The notes beneath the pieces are model-generated. The model was not told the origin of the DNA and did not search any database. It worked only from the letters and a program-made list of their open reading frames with translations. Below are positions 24,947 to 38,020 of a stretch of 64,000 bases of DNA, in pieces. The stretch is from Lama glama (taxonomy: Eukaryota), in contig CM052823.1 in NCBI GenBank assembly GCA_028534125.1, positions 86,924,001 to 86,988,000 of the forward strand. Direction: 5' to 3'. The translations under genes and the position numbers were made by a program. How positions within the stretch are numbered: the stretch's first letter is position 1; every line of letters begins with the position of its first letter.

Positions 24947-25412
24947 TGTATTATCTACCGCTGCAAAATAAATTATCCTAAAACTTGGCAGCTTGAAACA
25001 ACCAACATTTATTATCACACAGTTTCTGTGTTCAGGAATGCAGGAGCAGCTTGGCTGGGTGGTTCTGGTTCAGGGTCTCATGAGGCTGCAGTCAAGCTGT
25101 CAGCCAGGGCTGCAGTCATCAGAGGCTGCAGGACCCACTTCCAAGCTCACTCACGTGGCTGTTAGCTGGAGGCCTCAGTTCCTCGCCACGTAGGCCTCCA
25201 CGGGGCTACTCGTGACGTGGCTTTCCCCAGGGCAACTGATCCGAAAGAGAGCCCGGGAGTGAAGCTGCCATCTTTCATAACTTTATCGGGGAGGTGTCGC
25301 GCCGCTGTATTCTACCGATCACACAAACCATTCTTGCAGTGTGGGAGGAGCTGCACAAGTGTCATTGCCAGGAAGTAGGAATCAGGGCCACCGAAACGTC
25401 CAAGAACTACAC
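24947..25412 (-). mobile_element. MaLR LTR (MLT1F/G/H-like)
   Basis: aacatttattatcacacagtttctgtg...cagggtctcatgaggctgcagtcaag...cacttccaagctcactcacgtggctgtt...aggcctcagttcctcgccacgt. Confidence 0.78.
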
Positions 25413-25639
25413 TGCTTTGTTTCCGGAAGTTATTTGCCAAGGGAACCCTTTCACCACTCCTGCTAATCCTGTCCCCATAACCAAGGCACACTGGTGCCTC
25501 TGGGCTGGCCACTGCTGACTGCTGGACACAGCAAGGCACCGCACACTGAGGCCCTGTCCTGAAGATGCTAGCTGGGGATGCTTGCCTCCCTGGTGTATTC
25601 TTGACGTGCGGTCGGTCAGAGTGGGAGGCACCCTGGGCT

Positions 25640-25800
25640 CAGGCACTCTGGAGCCGGGTTGCCCGGGTTCAGATCCTGGCTCTGCCACTTACAGAGTGAC
25701 TTCAGGGACTTCTCCATGTGCCTCAGTATTATCATCTGTAAGATGGGGACACAATTGTTCCTACCTCAAGGGAGTGCAGATTGGGAGAATTAAGCACATC
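25640..25800 (+). mobile_element. MIR SINE
   Basis: ctctggagcc...gggttcagatcctggctctgccacttac...tgcctcagt...catctgtaagatgggg. Confidence 0.75.
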
Positions 25801-27811
25801 CCACAATACCTGATTCTTCATCAGTGCATATCAGCTGTTATTAATACACGGCTGGGGCTGGAAAGGGAGGCCGAGGGGCCCTTGGTGTCAAGATAAGGAG
25901 CTGCCGTGTGGGGTGGGCTGGTGTCTGAATGGGTCAGGGAGGTGATCAGAGCTGGGCTTTAGGAAACTTCTAGAGGCTTCCCAGAAGGAGGGCCAGGCTG
26001 CAGGTAGGAGTGGGTCAGCTGGGCCCTGAACCCATCCTGGCTCTCCAGGACATCGTGCCCACTGATGCCAATCTTCTGAGAGGGACCTCTCGCCCTCAGA
26101 GGGAGCAGCCAGTCACCCCTAATCTCTGGATGTGGAAGGGGTGATCACAATCCCCCTTCATCAAGGAGCAAGAGGGACAAGGGTTGACGCTCCCATTTTA
26201 TAGATGAGGAAACTGAGACCCAGGGCAGGCATGTGCTTACCTCAAGCCTGTAATCATGGATGCTCGGATATGATCCCGGTTTCCTTCCTCCCACCACGGG
26301 GTCTACTGGATGTAGGTCAAACTGACAGCCCCTCCGCATCTCCCAGATTCTCAGAGAGGGGCAGATGACATTGGTTCTCTCTTGAGTTAAGCCTCTCGGG
26401 CCGGCCAGCCCAGATCCTTTCATTCTACTCCACCACCCTCGGGCCCGAGCCTCCTGGGAGGCCCCACCCCCTCTGCTGTCCCCTGTCCAGGCCTTGGTCC
26501 TCCTGGGGAGCAGTCAGCTGAGCTGGGCTGGGCTGGGCTGTGCTGTGTGAGGATGCACTAGGAGTCACTACGTTTGTCTTCTTTCCAACTCGGTGACTAC
26601 TAACGCTACCTCACTGTTGGTGAGTCCTTGCTACCCAAGAAGCGACTTTCGTGCATCTCTGATCTTCACAAGAACCTCTGATGGGGTGCTCTCGGCTAGT
26701 CCCCTCTTCCAGATGGAGAAGTGGCTGCTCACACGATTGCTGTGATTTGCCTAAGCTCCCTGGGGGGAAGGACCAAGCCTCTGTCTCCGATGTCAGCTGG
26801 GGGCCCTCTCGTGTGCTGGCTGCGCTCAGCTTTGCTGGAGTGGGCCTGCCCCTCGGGGACCATCTGTGAGCCGGAAGGGCTGAACTCTGGGGGTCTAAGG
26901 GCCTCAACCTCGAAGCAGTCTTGGCCCAGGCCTGCCCTGTCCTGAGGCTGAGTTACTCCCTGAGGTCCTCGGGTAGCCTCGAGTGTCAGAGAGAGGCCCT
27001 GTGGCTGCCTTCCGTCATGGGGGTCTGGGACTCCAGGTCTAGCCCCTGAGTTCGCGTGGGGAAACCAAGTCCCAGGAAGAACAGGCTGAGTTGCTGAGGT
27101 CATCGGTGGCGGCAGGACCTGCCATCCCCCCTGTTTCCCAGTCGTGGTGCTGGCAGTGACTCTGTGGTTTCCCCTAGACCACCCAGGGATCTGGTGACTC
27201 AGGCCCCAAAGAAGACACTTTCTAAACAAGGGCCGATCCTTGGAGAGTGTGGTGGGAGCCCGGTCCCTGCAGGCCCTGGGAAGCGAGGTGAGCGGGGCTT
27301 ACTGCCCCCAAACCCACGTCCAGGCCTGGAGTGGGGGTGGGGGGAATGGATTTCCTGCTCTTGACTAGGTCTTTGGAGAGGGGTGAGTCCCTCATTGCCC
27401 CTTCCTCTCCGTTTCGCAGACCACCCCCATCCAATCCCTTCCCTGCCTTAGTCTCTGGGGGTGTCTGGAGTGGGGGGGCTGATCTAAGACTGAGAGAAGC
27501 AGAGCTGGGAGAAGGGGTGGTGCCTGGAGATCATGTGTTCTCGCTTCAGGTGAGAAAACCCGAGGCCCAGAGAGGGGTATGAATAGCCCAAGGTCACACA
27601 GCAAGTTCATGTCTCAGGACGCCTGGCCCAGCTGCTTCCTCTGTGTCCAGGCGCAGGCTCCCTCAGTGCTCCGGAGGGCTGCACACACCTCTGTTCATCG
27701 CTGGGAACTCCTCCCTTGCCTCCTTCCACCTGGCCTGGAAGCCCCCATCCCACACGCACATTTCAAGCGACTTAGTTCCAGCTGCTCCCGCCTGCAGCTA
27801 GCTGCCTTGTT

Positions 27812-28010
27812 GTAATCCGGGCTCTGCCAGTTACCAAGTATGCGATCTGAGGCAAGTTACTTAACCTCTCTGTGCTTCAGTTTCCTCATCGGAATAATAG
27901 TGAGTATTTCCATCCTAGGGTTGGCAGGAGGATTAAATGTATGAATGCATGTTAGGCGTTTGCAAACTGGCATGTGGTAAGCTCTCAGCAAGTTTTCCCT
28001 AGTATTATTT
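27812..28010 (+). mobile_element. MIR SINE
   Basis: ggcaagttacttaacctctctgtgcttcagtttcctcatc...aggattaaatg. Confidence 0.8.
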
Positions 28011-28219
28011 TGGGGCCTGGAAGGTAGATCTGGTTGGTGAGAAAAGCTTGAGTTGAGGTCTCAGCAAGTACGAGGACTCAAATCCAGATCCCTGACTTCG
28101 CTGTTGCCTTGGGGCCATCACCTGGCCTGTGTGAGCCTCAGCTACCCCAGCAAGAAAGTAGGGTCAGTGAGCCACTGGGGCATCTGGAGTTGGAGACGCC
28201 AGGGTCTCCCCCTGACAGC

Positions 28220-28670
28220 TGCAGTGGCCTCTTAACTGGGCCTCCTCCCCTCTCCTGCCCCCTCCAATCCACTCTTCACCCAGAATCAAATCATGGACTG
28301 CACCAAAATCTGCACGCGACAGGGACCTCTCTGAGGTCACAGATGGTTTTTAACGTGCTCTCAGGATAAAGAACTACCTCTGAGAAGATCTGGCCCTGCC
28401 CCAACTCTACCTGGCCAAACCCCTTCAGATACCACATTCCAGACCTCCCCCTCTCTCTCTCCCCTCTATGCCTTTGCTGAAACTGTCCCCCACTCCTGAC
28501 TAGGCCCCCACCTGCTCAATCCAAGATCTGACCACACCGCTGCTGCATCTCTCCTCCATGGGAGTCTCCTAGAAGCCAGAGATGTCCTAGGTCCCATTCA
28601 CCCCCCTGGCCCTGGTCCAGCCCCGTGCCGGGCACAGAGGATGGGCTCCCTGGATATTTGTAGGATTAAA
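28220..28670 (+). mobile_element. L2 LINE 3' fragment
   Basis: gcctcttaactgg...cctccaatccactcttcac...ctcaggataaag...atgcctttgct...gccgggcacagag, degenerate L2 3' motifs. Confidence 0.5.
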
Positions 28671-29202
28671 GCGTCATGGAGGTAATGGATGTGGGCGTGT
28701 TTTATAAACTCTAAAGGAACAAGCGGGCAACCTGCAGGGCTGGAGGAAGAGGGTGTTTATTATTATCATGCTTCTCCATGACAACCCCAGCTGGCTTTTC
28801 CTTACCCCTAAGGACCCTCACCCCCTCCCCTAACCTCAGGCCCAGGTTCTTCAGGTTCCTGTCCTACAGCCTTTTCTACTCTCTTGGGGGTGTGGTAGCC
28901 AGAGTTCTTGGTTTGGGAGAGAGTGTGTCCCTCTGATGATTTAGAACACAAACTCAGAGAACATCTAAGTTGGGAAGGCCATTAGAGGACATCTAATTCA
29001 TCACTGTCAGGGAACTGAGGCTCAGAGAGGTCAGGGTGCTAACCAAGGTCACACAGCAAGGCAGTGGCCAGTGAGGGCCAAACCAATGACTTGGGGCTCC
29101 TTCCAGAGCTGACCTCTCAGAGATGCTACAAAGGCTTCTGTGAAGCCAGCATCACCCTGAGCAAAGCAGTGAAGAGGCAAGGAGGGTAGGGGTGCAGATC
29201 AT

Positions 29203-29623
29203 TTTTTTGGTTTTGTTTGTTTTTAATAGTGGTAAAAAAAATTATACATAGCATAAAATTGACCAATTTGGCTATTTTTTAGTGGACAATTCAGTGACAT
29301 TAAGTACATTGGCATTGTACAATCATCACCACCATCCGTCCCTAAAACTTTCTCATCCTCTATGCTTTTGTCGTGGTGGTAAAATATATATAACATAAGA
29401 TTTACCATTTTAACCATTTTTCAGTGTACAGTTCTGTGGCATTAAGTACATTTTCATTCTCTATGCTTTTTCATAATATTCTTTTTAAAATTTTTATTGA
29501 GGTACAGTTGATTTACAATGTGTTAGTTTCAGGTATACAGCAAAGTGATTCAGTTATACATATACATATATCTTTACATACGCTTTTTCAGATTCTTTTC
29601 CATTATAGGTTATTGTAAGATAG
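29203..29623 (-). mobile_element. Three stacked L1 3'-end fragments (~29203-29357, 29370-29458, 29471-29623)
   Basis: Three successive antisense L1 3' termini separated by copies of ctctatgctttt (29358-29369, 29459-29470) and ccctatactttt (29624-29635). Confidence 0.8.
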
Positions 29624-30249
29624 CCCTATACTTTTTAATAAAAGCCAAGTGAAGACAAAGTTTTAAAATTCTTTTCCCTGGGATTTTGAGGACTTGGCTG
29701 ACTTCCGGTGGCCTGGATAACCCTGAGGAAGTTTATGTCCCCCTGGCCTGGTCAAGGGGTTGGTGGATGATGCTGGGGAAGGGGGTGTCCCGTCCAGGCT
29801 GACCGTCACTAGGGATGTAGGCTGGAACAGCTTCGCAGCCTTACTGTTTTCAACTCAGGTCACAGTGAGGCTAGTGGAGTGTAGATGAAATGCCTAGAAT
29901 TTCTGAGTGTTGAGACCGGAGCTCATGAGCTGAGCAGAGGACATAGATGGATTTTAATGTGACCTCCTTGGACTCCCTGGGGGCAGCATGGGAGACCTGG
30001 CTGAGTGATGCTAGGAGATTCCCCTCCCTTACAGGGCTTTAATTCCCTCTCAGAAATGAAAGGGCTAACTAAGCCAGATGGCCTGATGGTGCCTTCTGGT
30101 GGGGGCCTGGGGGCTCTGGAGAGCCCCCACTTCTCACCCCCAAGTCCTATGTCCCAAGAGAGGCAGCTAGGGTGGACTTTCATATTAGAGCTGCTGAGAG
30201 GAGCTGCGACAGTTGCTAATAACAGAACTCTTACTTTGTTTAGGAATAA

Positions 30250-30710
30250 TAGTAACAGTCATCATTTACTGAGGAACTTGTCTACTAGGCACTTTGTAGC
30301 ATCTCATTTAATTCTTCTCCCTGTTTTAGAGACGAGGCTCAGGGAAGTTAAGCAAGTTGCCCAAGATCACACAGCTTGTAAATATCAGATCAAGGATTCC
30401 CACCCAGATCTCCCTGGTTTCAGCTCCGGTGCTCCTACTCCCCAGCCCTGCCAAGTGATGGCAGCACTTCTGAACTTGACTTTCCATGACTGCGAGCACA
30501 CAAGCTATAGAGGCAACTCCGGGGGCTCCAAGGCCAGCCCTGCCTCCAGCTAAGTGACCTTGGGGAAGTTACTTAAGGTCTCTGAGCCTCCATTTCCTCT
30601 CTTTAGACTGGAAACCTCCTAGGATGGTTAAGACGATGAAATTAAATGGGCTTATATTTGTGAAGCAGTTAAAATAGGGCCTGAGCATAGTAACATTTAG
30701 CATGTGTTGA
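30250..30710. mobile_element. Two MIR SINEs in opposite orientation (~30250-30430 minus; ~30530-30710 plus)
   Basis: gaggctcagggaagttaagcaagttgcccaagatcacacagc, and gtgaccttggggaagttacttaaggtctctgagcctccatttcctc. Confidence 0.7.
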
Positions 30711-31980
30711 ATTTTTAAAATACTATGTTTATTGCCAGCTTTTTGGGGTCAGCTTTGTTTGAACCAGCAAATTAATTAGAAACGTTTCTTTGTAATAATT
30801 TCGCTTTCTATTTCTCTTCATTGAGCAATGAACAAAATGGAGTTTTAGGAATGCCTAGAAAAACACACAGATAAACTCCACTGCCTACAAGTGTGCTGTC
30901 CGAGATGCTCTTTCCTTAACGTTTTAACAGAAACACGTCAATTCACGAGTTCTTGTAGGGGAGGGGACAAACATCTCCTCCATAGGCCATAAAATGTTAG
31001 CCAAGTTCCTTAAATTGTCTAAAATGGGCAGCCTTTTGGTGCTCTCTAAGCATGTGTGTTGGAAGCAGACCCTTTAGAAATGGTGACCCCACCCCTAGCC
31101 CTGCCTCCTCTTCCCTTGCCTTGTCCACCCAGGGAGTGAGGATGGTTGCTGTTTCTGGCCCTGACGACAACTATTTTGACACTTGAAGAATCCCCTGCTT
31201 TGTGCTGCCCAAAATATAATGTCAATAACCGTCGAAAACCACATCAGATCCCCAGAAAACCGAGTGGCGCCTTGGTGACAGGCCTCGGCTGGCTCCTGGG
31301 CTCTCTTCACTCCGGGGCTCCAGGGGGCTGAGGTCTGACCCTTGGGGCCCCTTGGCCCCATCCAGGCCCACAGCCAGGGGGGCTGCCAGGCCTGGCTCTG
31401 CTGAGGGGTGTCCCTGCCCCAGCTTGCAGGGAAGAGGAACCAGCTTGAGCCACACAAGTTTCTAAAATTGAGCAATTGTCAGTCTGCATATTTGGATCCC
31501 GTTCTGTCTGAGTCTGAGGCTAGAGATCCCCAGGGGTGCTCCGCGAGGGGAGGGCGCCGGCTGGGCCTGGCCCCAGCCCAAGCAGGCGAAGTCATCAGAA
31601 TCTTCTGTGACAGTTTCTAGACTTCGAGGGTGGCCTCCCAAGTGACCAGGAGAAGCCAAAGGCCTTTGAGGTGAGTCTGCCCTTGAATTTGCCATGGCTG
31701 GGGAGAGAGGAGCCACGGAGCCACTGAAAACCGTCTTTGAACAGAGATTTCGCCACCCTCTCCATCCAGCCTTATGCCTGAGTTGCTGCTGCTGAAGACG
31801 GAGGGGCCAGCTTTGGAGAGAAGTGAAAGTCTGTGGATGTAGGTTTGAACCCTGGCTGCACCATTGTCCGATCTCTGTGAACTTGGACTTTTCTCATGTT
31901 CCCTCCGGGCCATGGTTTTCTCATACGTAAAATGAGGCTGATGTCCTCTTCCACAAAGGGCCAAGTGAGAAAGCTTGTAG

Positions 31981-32410
31981 TCTTGGGAGATAATCCTCCA
32001 TGGGATGCTCTGAAAGTCTTGGAAGTGAAGGCACTGACGTCCTCTGCTCTAGACTCTCTTCAAGGATATACAGCAGCCAGCAGCCTTAGAAGACAGAGAT
32101 CGGGTCTCCCTCTGGTGCAAGGGGCAGGCATGTTTACTGCCCGTTATAGAAGCTTTGGGTTCCCCAAGCTCAGGATTCCCCTCCTATAATGCACCCTACT
32201 GAGTGTGCAGGAGTCACTTGCCTCTCTTTGCGCCAAAAGAAGACCGAAGCAGACCTGATGCTCATGCCGCCAGCTGGGCCATGAGTCGTAGAAGTCTGTT
32301 GTCTCTGACCCAGGAGTCTTGTGTCTTCTGCCTGCATCCAGGAAACGGGGCAAACTAACTTCTTGTCTTACAAATAGGGTGAAATCTCAGATCCTTCCGA
32401 GTTCCTGACA
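31981..32410 (+). mobile_element. ERVL-class LTR (MER54/MER73/MER74-like), probable 5' LTR of the adjacent provirus
   Basis: Starts tcttgggagataatcctccatggg, contains gggttccccaagctcagg and tctctgacccaggagtcttgtgtcttctgcc, ends gggtgaaatctcagatccttccgagttcctgaca. Confidence 0.65.
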
Positions 32411-34680
32411 GTGATGAGAATGAGGTACTGGCAGAGACATGTTTTTCTTGAAGAAGAAAGAGGAGGGCCTCCCAAGGCAATGAATATTGATTTTGAGGAA
32501 AGTTCATGGAAATCGGTAGCGAATTTGTTGACCAAATTGTATGGCGATGTGGGCAATAAATGGCCCTCTACTTTATTGCCTTTTAAGGAGGAAGAACTGG
32601 GGAGGTGGTGGTTGCAGGCTGAGTACTAGGAAGTACATTCAAAGACAGCTGTCAAAATGGTGCCCTGGCTGTGGGTAACTCTCCTGCGGGTGGTGAGATG
32701 TCCTCATCATTCAGCCTCATTTCCTCCCCACTGAAACCAATCACCTCTAGGATTGCTCCTGCGTGGGCTGAGGTGCTGCAGCCTTTCAGATAGCAGTTAG
32801 GGAAATGGGCACTTACACTGAGAAACAGAGGCAGTTCATGGCTGCTGTGGGCAGACGCCGGAGGAATCCTCAGACCTTAGAGCTGGTCCCAGGAGACAAG
32901 AGGGTGGGACACATGACACTTGCTAGGGACCAGTGATGACTCAGCCCCTCATGCAGTCTGTCGTACCAACTTTAGATCCATGCAGACACGGCAATCAGAG
33001 GTCTTTAAGTGACGGAATTTTGACCTTGTTTGGGAAATCTCCCGAGCCAGACAAACTTACAGAGGAAACCATAGGTGAAGATTGGACTAGTATTGGAGCT
33101 CTTATGGCTGCAGGTTGGGTTTGTTCAGGGTGTCTACCGGGTGGCTGCAGCTACTCCACCTCAATGCCAGCTCTGCAGACCAAAAACAGGCACGTAACTG
33201 CTCAGTGGGCAGAACTCACGCCTCTCACAGCTGCAGCCAGCACTCCCCTCGAAGGAACTTGTCATGTTTTTACTGTCTCTTGGATGTAGCCGATGACCTG
33301 GCTGTTTCACCTGCTGCTTGGAAAGCTGCAGATTAAAGACCTCCCTCTATGGGGGTCACAAACTGTGGGGACAAGTTGAGGCTGCTGACGGAACTCCGTG
33401 GGTCACAACTGCAGATGCCCACGGGAAGGGTCTGTTCTCTGATGAGACTGACTGGCGTGCCTGCCCTGGCCAGCCTGTCCCCACTGCTGCCTGGACCTGC
33501 CATCCTAGCAGACGTGGCTACGCTCAGAGACCTGTGAAAGCAAAGGATGCCATGTTTCTACACTTGACACCATGCTGTGACTGCTGCCCAAAGCTGACCT
33601 GGCTGTCTCGCAGCGGGCATGGTCCCTGCCCGCTTATGGTGGAATGACTGCCTCGGCCCTTTGACCCAGTCTTGGGGCTCTGGGTGGGTGCCTCCCTGCT
33701 GTCGACACGTTTATAGGTTATGCCAGTCTGGTCAGCCTATTCTAGCCATGACGTCGTGGCCCCTGAAACTGACCTGGGTCATGTTTTCTGCTTTCAGGAC
33801 CATTTGCAGTCCACAGTGAAGGCACTCTACAGTGGGCTGGTGGTCAAGGTGTTGGTGACCTTCCCTGATCCCTGCCATCCACAGGGATGGTCTTGTCCAG
33901 TCAACGTTCCCAACCCTGACTCCTCTTGGTCCATACACCTGGGTAGGGCAGTTTGGTCATTGACTGTGGCCGTCCCCTGAAAGGGGTCCTCCACTCTGGG
34001 CCACCTCCTGGGTAATGACCAGGATGAAAAGGCTGAAAACAGCGAGTCCGCCCTAATCATGCCTGCGAGTGTACTTCTTAATTTCCCTGAACGGCCAGCC
34101 TGGTTACTGCAACCTGTGTTCGGTAGTCTGACCAAAAGGGGATTCAAATGGTTAAATTTTATTAAAATGCCCTGTCACTTGTGTACCTGGCCCTTCGGGG
34201 AGAAAGGTCTGGATACCAGTAGCGGATGACTGGGAAAAAGATGAAATTACAGGCACTGGGAGAGAACACACAGCTTCTGTGATGGTGGAGGAAGAGAAAC
34301 AACCGGGCACCTGGGAAGGGAGAGTCTGAGACGTGAGCATCTTCCTCACAGCGGGCAGTGCCCCGGGCACCCCTCCCACACTGGCACGTGTGCCTTACAT
34401 TCACTGACTGCGTGGTTAGCCACCCCCTGCCAGACACCTCTGACCATGATCTGATCGCCATTTCCCTTAACCTTCCGCCTACACCGAAAAGGTATGAGAA
34501 ACACGTGAGATAGCCCCACCTCCCGCACCTCCCGTGCAGAACACCTGCCAGCACCGCTGGATGGCTGCCCCACCTCACTCCCGTTGCTCAGGCATCTGGT
34601 GAGGCTGATCGACGCCATCTAACTGGTGATGTTGACCAAGGGGGTAGGTTGGACTGCCCAGTTTGGGGAGGCAGTCTCTC
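32411..34680 (+). pseudogene. Decayed class III (ERVL-like) endogenous retrovirus internal region with pol RNase H/integrase remnants
   Basis: Ordered, frameshifted motifs: QWAEL (33203-33217), FTVSW/VADDLAV (33269-33306), DAH (33414-33422), CCDCC, DCLGPL (33646-33663), AVDTF (33698-33712), HVFCFQDHLQS, PCHPQ (33870-33884). PPT-like ccaagggggtagg..ggactg at 34636-34656. Confidence 0.78.
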
Positions 34681-35939
34681 TAAAAACAAGGTAATGTGTT
34701 ACTCAGAAAGAATAATACACCTGTTCTCTCGTTTCACGCTCAGAGCGATGCTTCACATCTGTGGGATGATACCTGATTTGTGGATGAGAAGCAAAAGCTC
34801 TGAGAGGTCAAGTGATTGCCTGAAGGTCACACAGCCAAGTGGTGGTGCTGGGTTGGAGGCAGGTCTCTCTGACTCCCGTTCCTGTGCTCATGAGCTTTCC
34901 CTCATCCAAGGTGCTGGGATTCTTTCTCGTGCCTCACAGACCCTGGCCCAGAGCATCTCATGTCTCTCAGCCTGCGCCGTGGCCCTGGACACTGTAGCTG
35001 GGATGCTAAGGAGCCTGAGAAGGGGAACATGGAGCAGCCAGTGGGCTCCCTACCCCCTCTTCCCTATATTGGGAGGGTCTTCATTTCTTCATCTGTGAAA
35101 TGGGTCTAAGACCTGTTTCAACAGAGTGACTGCAAGGAAAAAATGAACCCAAGAGCAGGAAAGTGCTTTGGTACCTATGGGAACGTTGATGTCGTCTGAG
35201 ACGTGGCCTTGGAGAGGACAAAGACTGGAGAGAAGTCCTGGGATGGAAAGAAAGCAGAGGGGACAGGGCCGGTCAGACACAGAGCCCGGGCCAGCGTCCT
35301 TTTATAAGCTGTTGTTTGTCGGTTGCACTGCCGCCTGCCTTCCTGTGCCTGAAATCCTGGACGTTCCTTTGGGTTAAGCAGGGCCTTTTATGGACTCTTC
35401 TTTTAAAACACACCCTTTTGCAGGCAGTGGTATCAAATGGACATATACTGAGCCCCTGCCATGTGCGGGGACCTTACATATGTTATCTAATGGACAACTC
35501 ACGCTGGACTCTCACACGAACACGTGTTACAGATGTGGCTGTCCCATTTTACAGATACGGCAGAATGAGATGCTCAGTAATTTGCTTAAGGTCTCAGCGG
35601 AGGTAAGGGATAGGGCTAGGGCTGGACTGAGATCGTTCTTGCTTCAGAATCTGGTGACCTTTGGGCTCCTTGGTTTTTATACCCTTGACTTTCACCTCAA
35701 GAGAAGCCAAGCACACTGAGGCTGGGGCCTGGGCAGAGGGGGCCCCGAATCCTCCCTTTTGGGTAGCATCCTGAGTGACGGGAGGCCAGGTGTGCACAGG
35801 CTGAGCTTCTTCAAGGACAGCCTTCCAGGCAGGAAGGGGCAGCCCCAAACCACCGTGGCTCTGGGCACATCGTGATCTTTCTGTGACATCTCACAGCTGC
35901 CTCGTGATGTGTCCCTCCCCAGGCCTCCAGGAGTTCCTT

Positions 35940-36200
35940 GTGGTCTCGCTACACAGCGGCCAGATGGAGCATTCTAAAAACGCAGCCTTGGCAAGTCATG
36001 CTCCTGCATAAAGTCATCTGCTGGCTGTGCATCAAAGTCCAGGCCCCTTATGGGGCATATAAGGCCGTCCTTGGTCTGCAGCCCCTCACCCTCCCGAGGC
36101 TGAACCAACAATGTTCCCGCAATAGGCCGAACTGATTTGTGACTCTAAGCCTTCGCTTATGCTGTTCCCTCTTCCTCGATGCCCTTCCCTCACTCCAGTG
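35940..36200 (+). mobile_element. L2 LINE fragment
   Basis: cacagcggccagatggagcattctaaaa...aaagtcca...aaggccgtccttggtctg...gccttcgcttatgctgttccctcttcc. Confidence 0.55.
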
Positions 36201-36789
36201 CTTCATTGTTAAACTCCTTTCCTTTCATTTAAAGTAGTAACCTTATGAATATTCAAAGTATGTGTTAGGAGATACATGGGCGTGGTGCTAATGGCACGAT
36301 GAGAATTGTCTTCACCCATCCAGGTCCCTGGGGTCCTCTGTTTGTTGGCTGCCTTTGTGTCCTTTAACATGTTCACTCCTCAATGCTCCAGCTCAGCTGC
36401 CTGTTCCTTGGGGTCCCCATCCCTTAATGACCATCCCTTCACCTGGCCCAGGTAAACCCTGCCCGCTGAGACCCACAGAGCACCCAGACGTCCTTCCTTC
36501 TCTGTTGATGGGTCTACTTTCTTTCTAGCTTGGAAGCTGCTTGAGGGTGGCAACGGTGCTATGTTGGCTTCTGTGTCCCCAACGCGGGGACAGAGGGCCC
36601 TGGTGCCTGGCGTGTGTAAGTGAAAGGTATTGCTGGAGGACCTGGGGTGTCATCAGGTGGTGACGGTACAGTGCCCGGGGCTGCTGCACTTCACCAAGTG
36701 CCCTGGAATGGAAGGTTTGCTTAATGAGAGATGCTGGGGAAACCCGGGAGCTGGAGGAGGGCAGTGGGGAGGAGAGAGAATGGCTACAT

Positions 36790-38020
36790 CTCCACCTCAC
36801 ACTATAGAGCAGAATAAATTCCAGATGGATGAGGCTGCAAAATGTGAAAACAATTAAACCATGAAATAACTAGAATAAAATGTTCATGATTTTGATCTCT
36901 GGTTGGGAAGGGCCTCTCTAAGCACAGCAGTAATGGAAGAAATTATAAAGAAAAAGACGTATATATTTGTATGCTTAAAATTGGAAACTTCTGTACATCC
37001 AGCCAGCCCACAGCTAGAATTAAAATAATAACAAATATGTAAAGAGCACTTGCAAATTAAAAAGAAAAAAAAATCTAAGAACCCCGATAGAAAAAATGGG
37101 CAGCGGACGTGAGAAGAAAATTAACGAAAGGACGAAATGTGATTGTTTATGTTTACGAGGAAGTGACTAAGGGTATGTTCAACCTCATTAGCAAACAAAA
37201 TTTCAGTTAAAACAGCTAGGTGTTATTTCGCACTTACCTCTTTGGCCAGACTGGATTAAAAAAGAAAAAACAGTAGTGCTCACTGGGGCTGAGGGGACGT
37301 GAAATAAATAAGATAGAAAGAGAGATGTTATTGCCTTCTATGCTGATGGGCCTTCAGACCCAGGCGGCTTTCAGGAAATCAGTTTCTTAGTATGGATCAA
37401 AGGCCTTAACAATGTTTATGCCCTCTGTTCTGGTAGTTCTGCCTCTGGGGATCTTTCCTGAGAAACAGTTGCTTTTTATGACAGCAAAAGTTCTAAAACA
37501 GCCTAAACATCCAATAATAAGGAATTGCAGAAATGGTGGCACGGCTAGGTGACAGAATATTATGCAGCCTTCAAAAAGCGTGTTTAATTGATGGCAATTA
37601 CGCCTGGGAGAAGGGGAGGAAGGGGAGGTCATGGGGTGATTTTTTTTTCCACTTTCTGTTTTTCCAAACTATTTACCTGGTGTTATTTTTATAAAGAAAA
37701 ATGTCATGTTTTAGAATATTTTCAATTATTTGGAAAAGTTATGATATAAGGCCAAATGGAATAAAGGCATATATGTAAAATACTTCATTTTATGTGTAAA
37801 ATACTTCATTTACATATACACACAGATAATGCAGTAAGCACCGAACTCAGTCCCTGGTACATACGAAGTGCTGACTACACACATATTTACCAGTATCGGA
37901 ATATTAATGCATATGCATGTATGCAAAATGTAACCAGTGAATATTTCTGGACTGTGGAGTTAGGGGTGGTTTTGGCATTCTTTTTTAATACTTTCCCACA
38001 GTTGTCAAATTTTCTACAAT
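36790..38020 (+). mobile_element. Old L1 (L1ME-type) ORF2 3' part and 3'UTR, degenerate
   Basis: cctcacacta...aataaattccagatggat...aaacttctgtacatc...atagaaaaaatgggca...tgttcaacctcattag...cagcctaaacatccaataataaggaa. Confidence 0.7.

Noticed and set aside
37773-37811. Direct repeat tgtaaaatacttcattt x2
   Set aside because: Simple slippage duplication within an old L1; no functional evidence.
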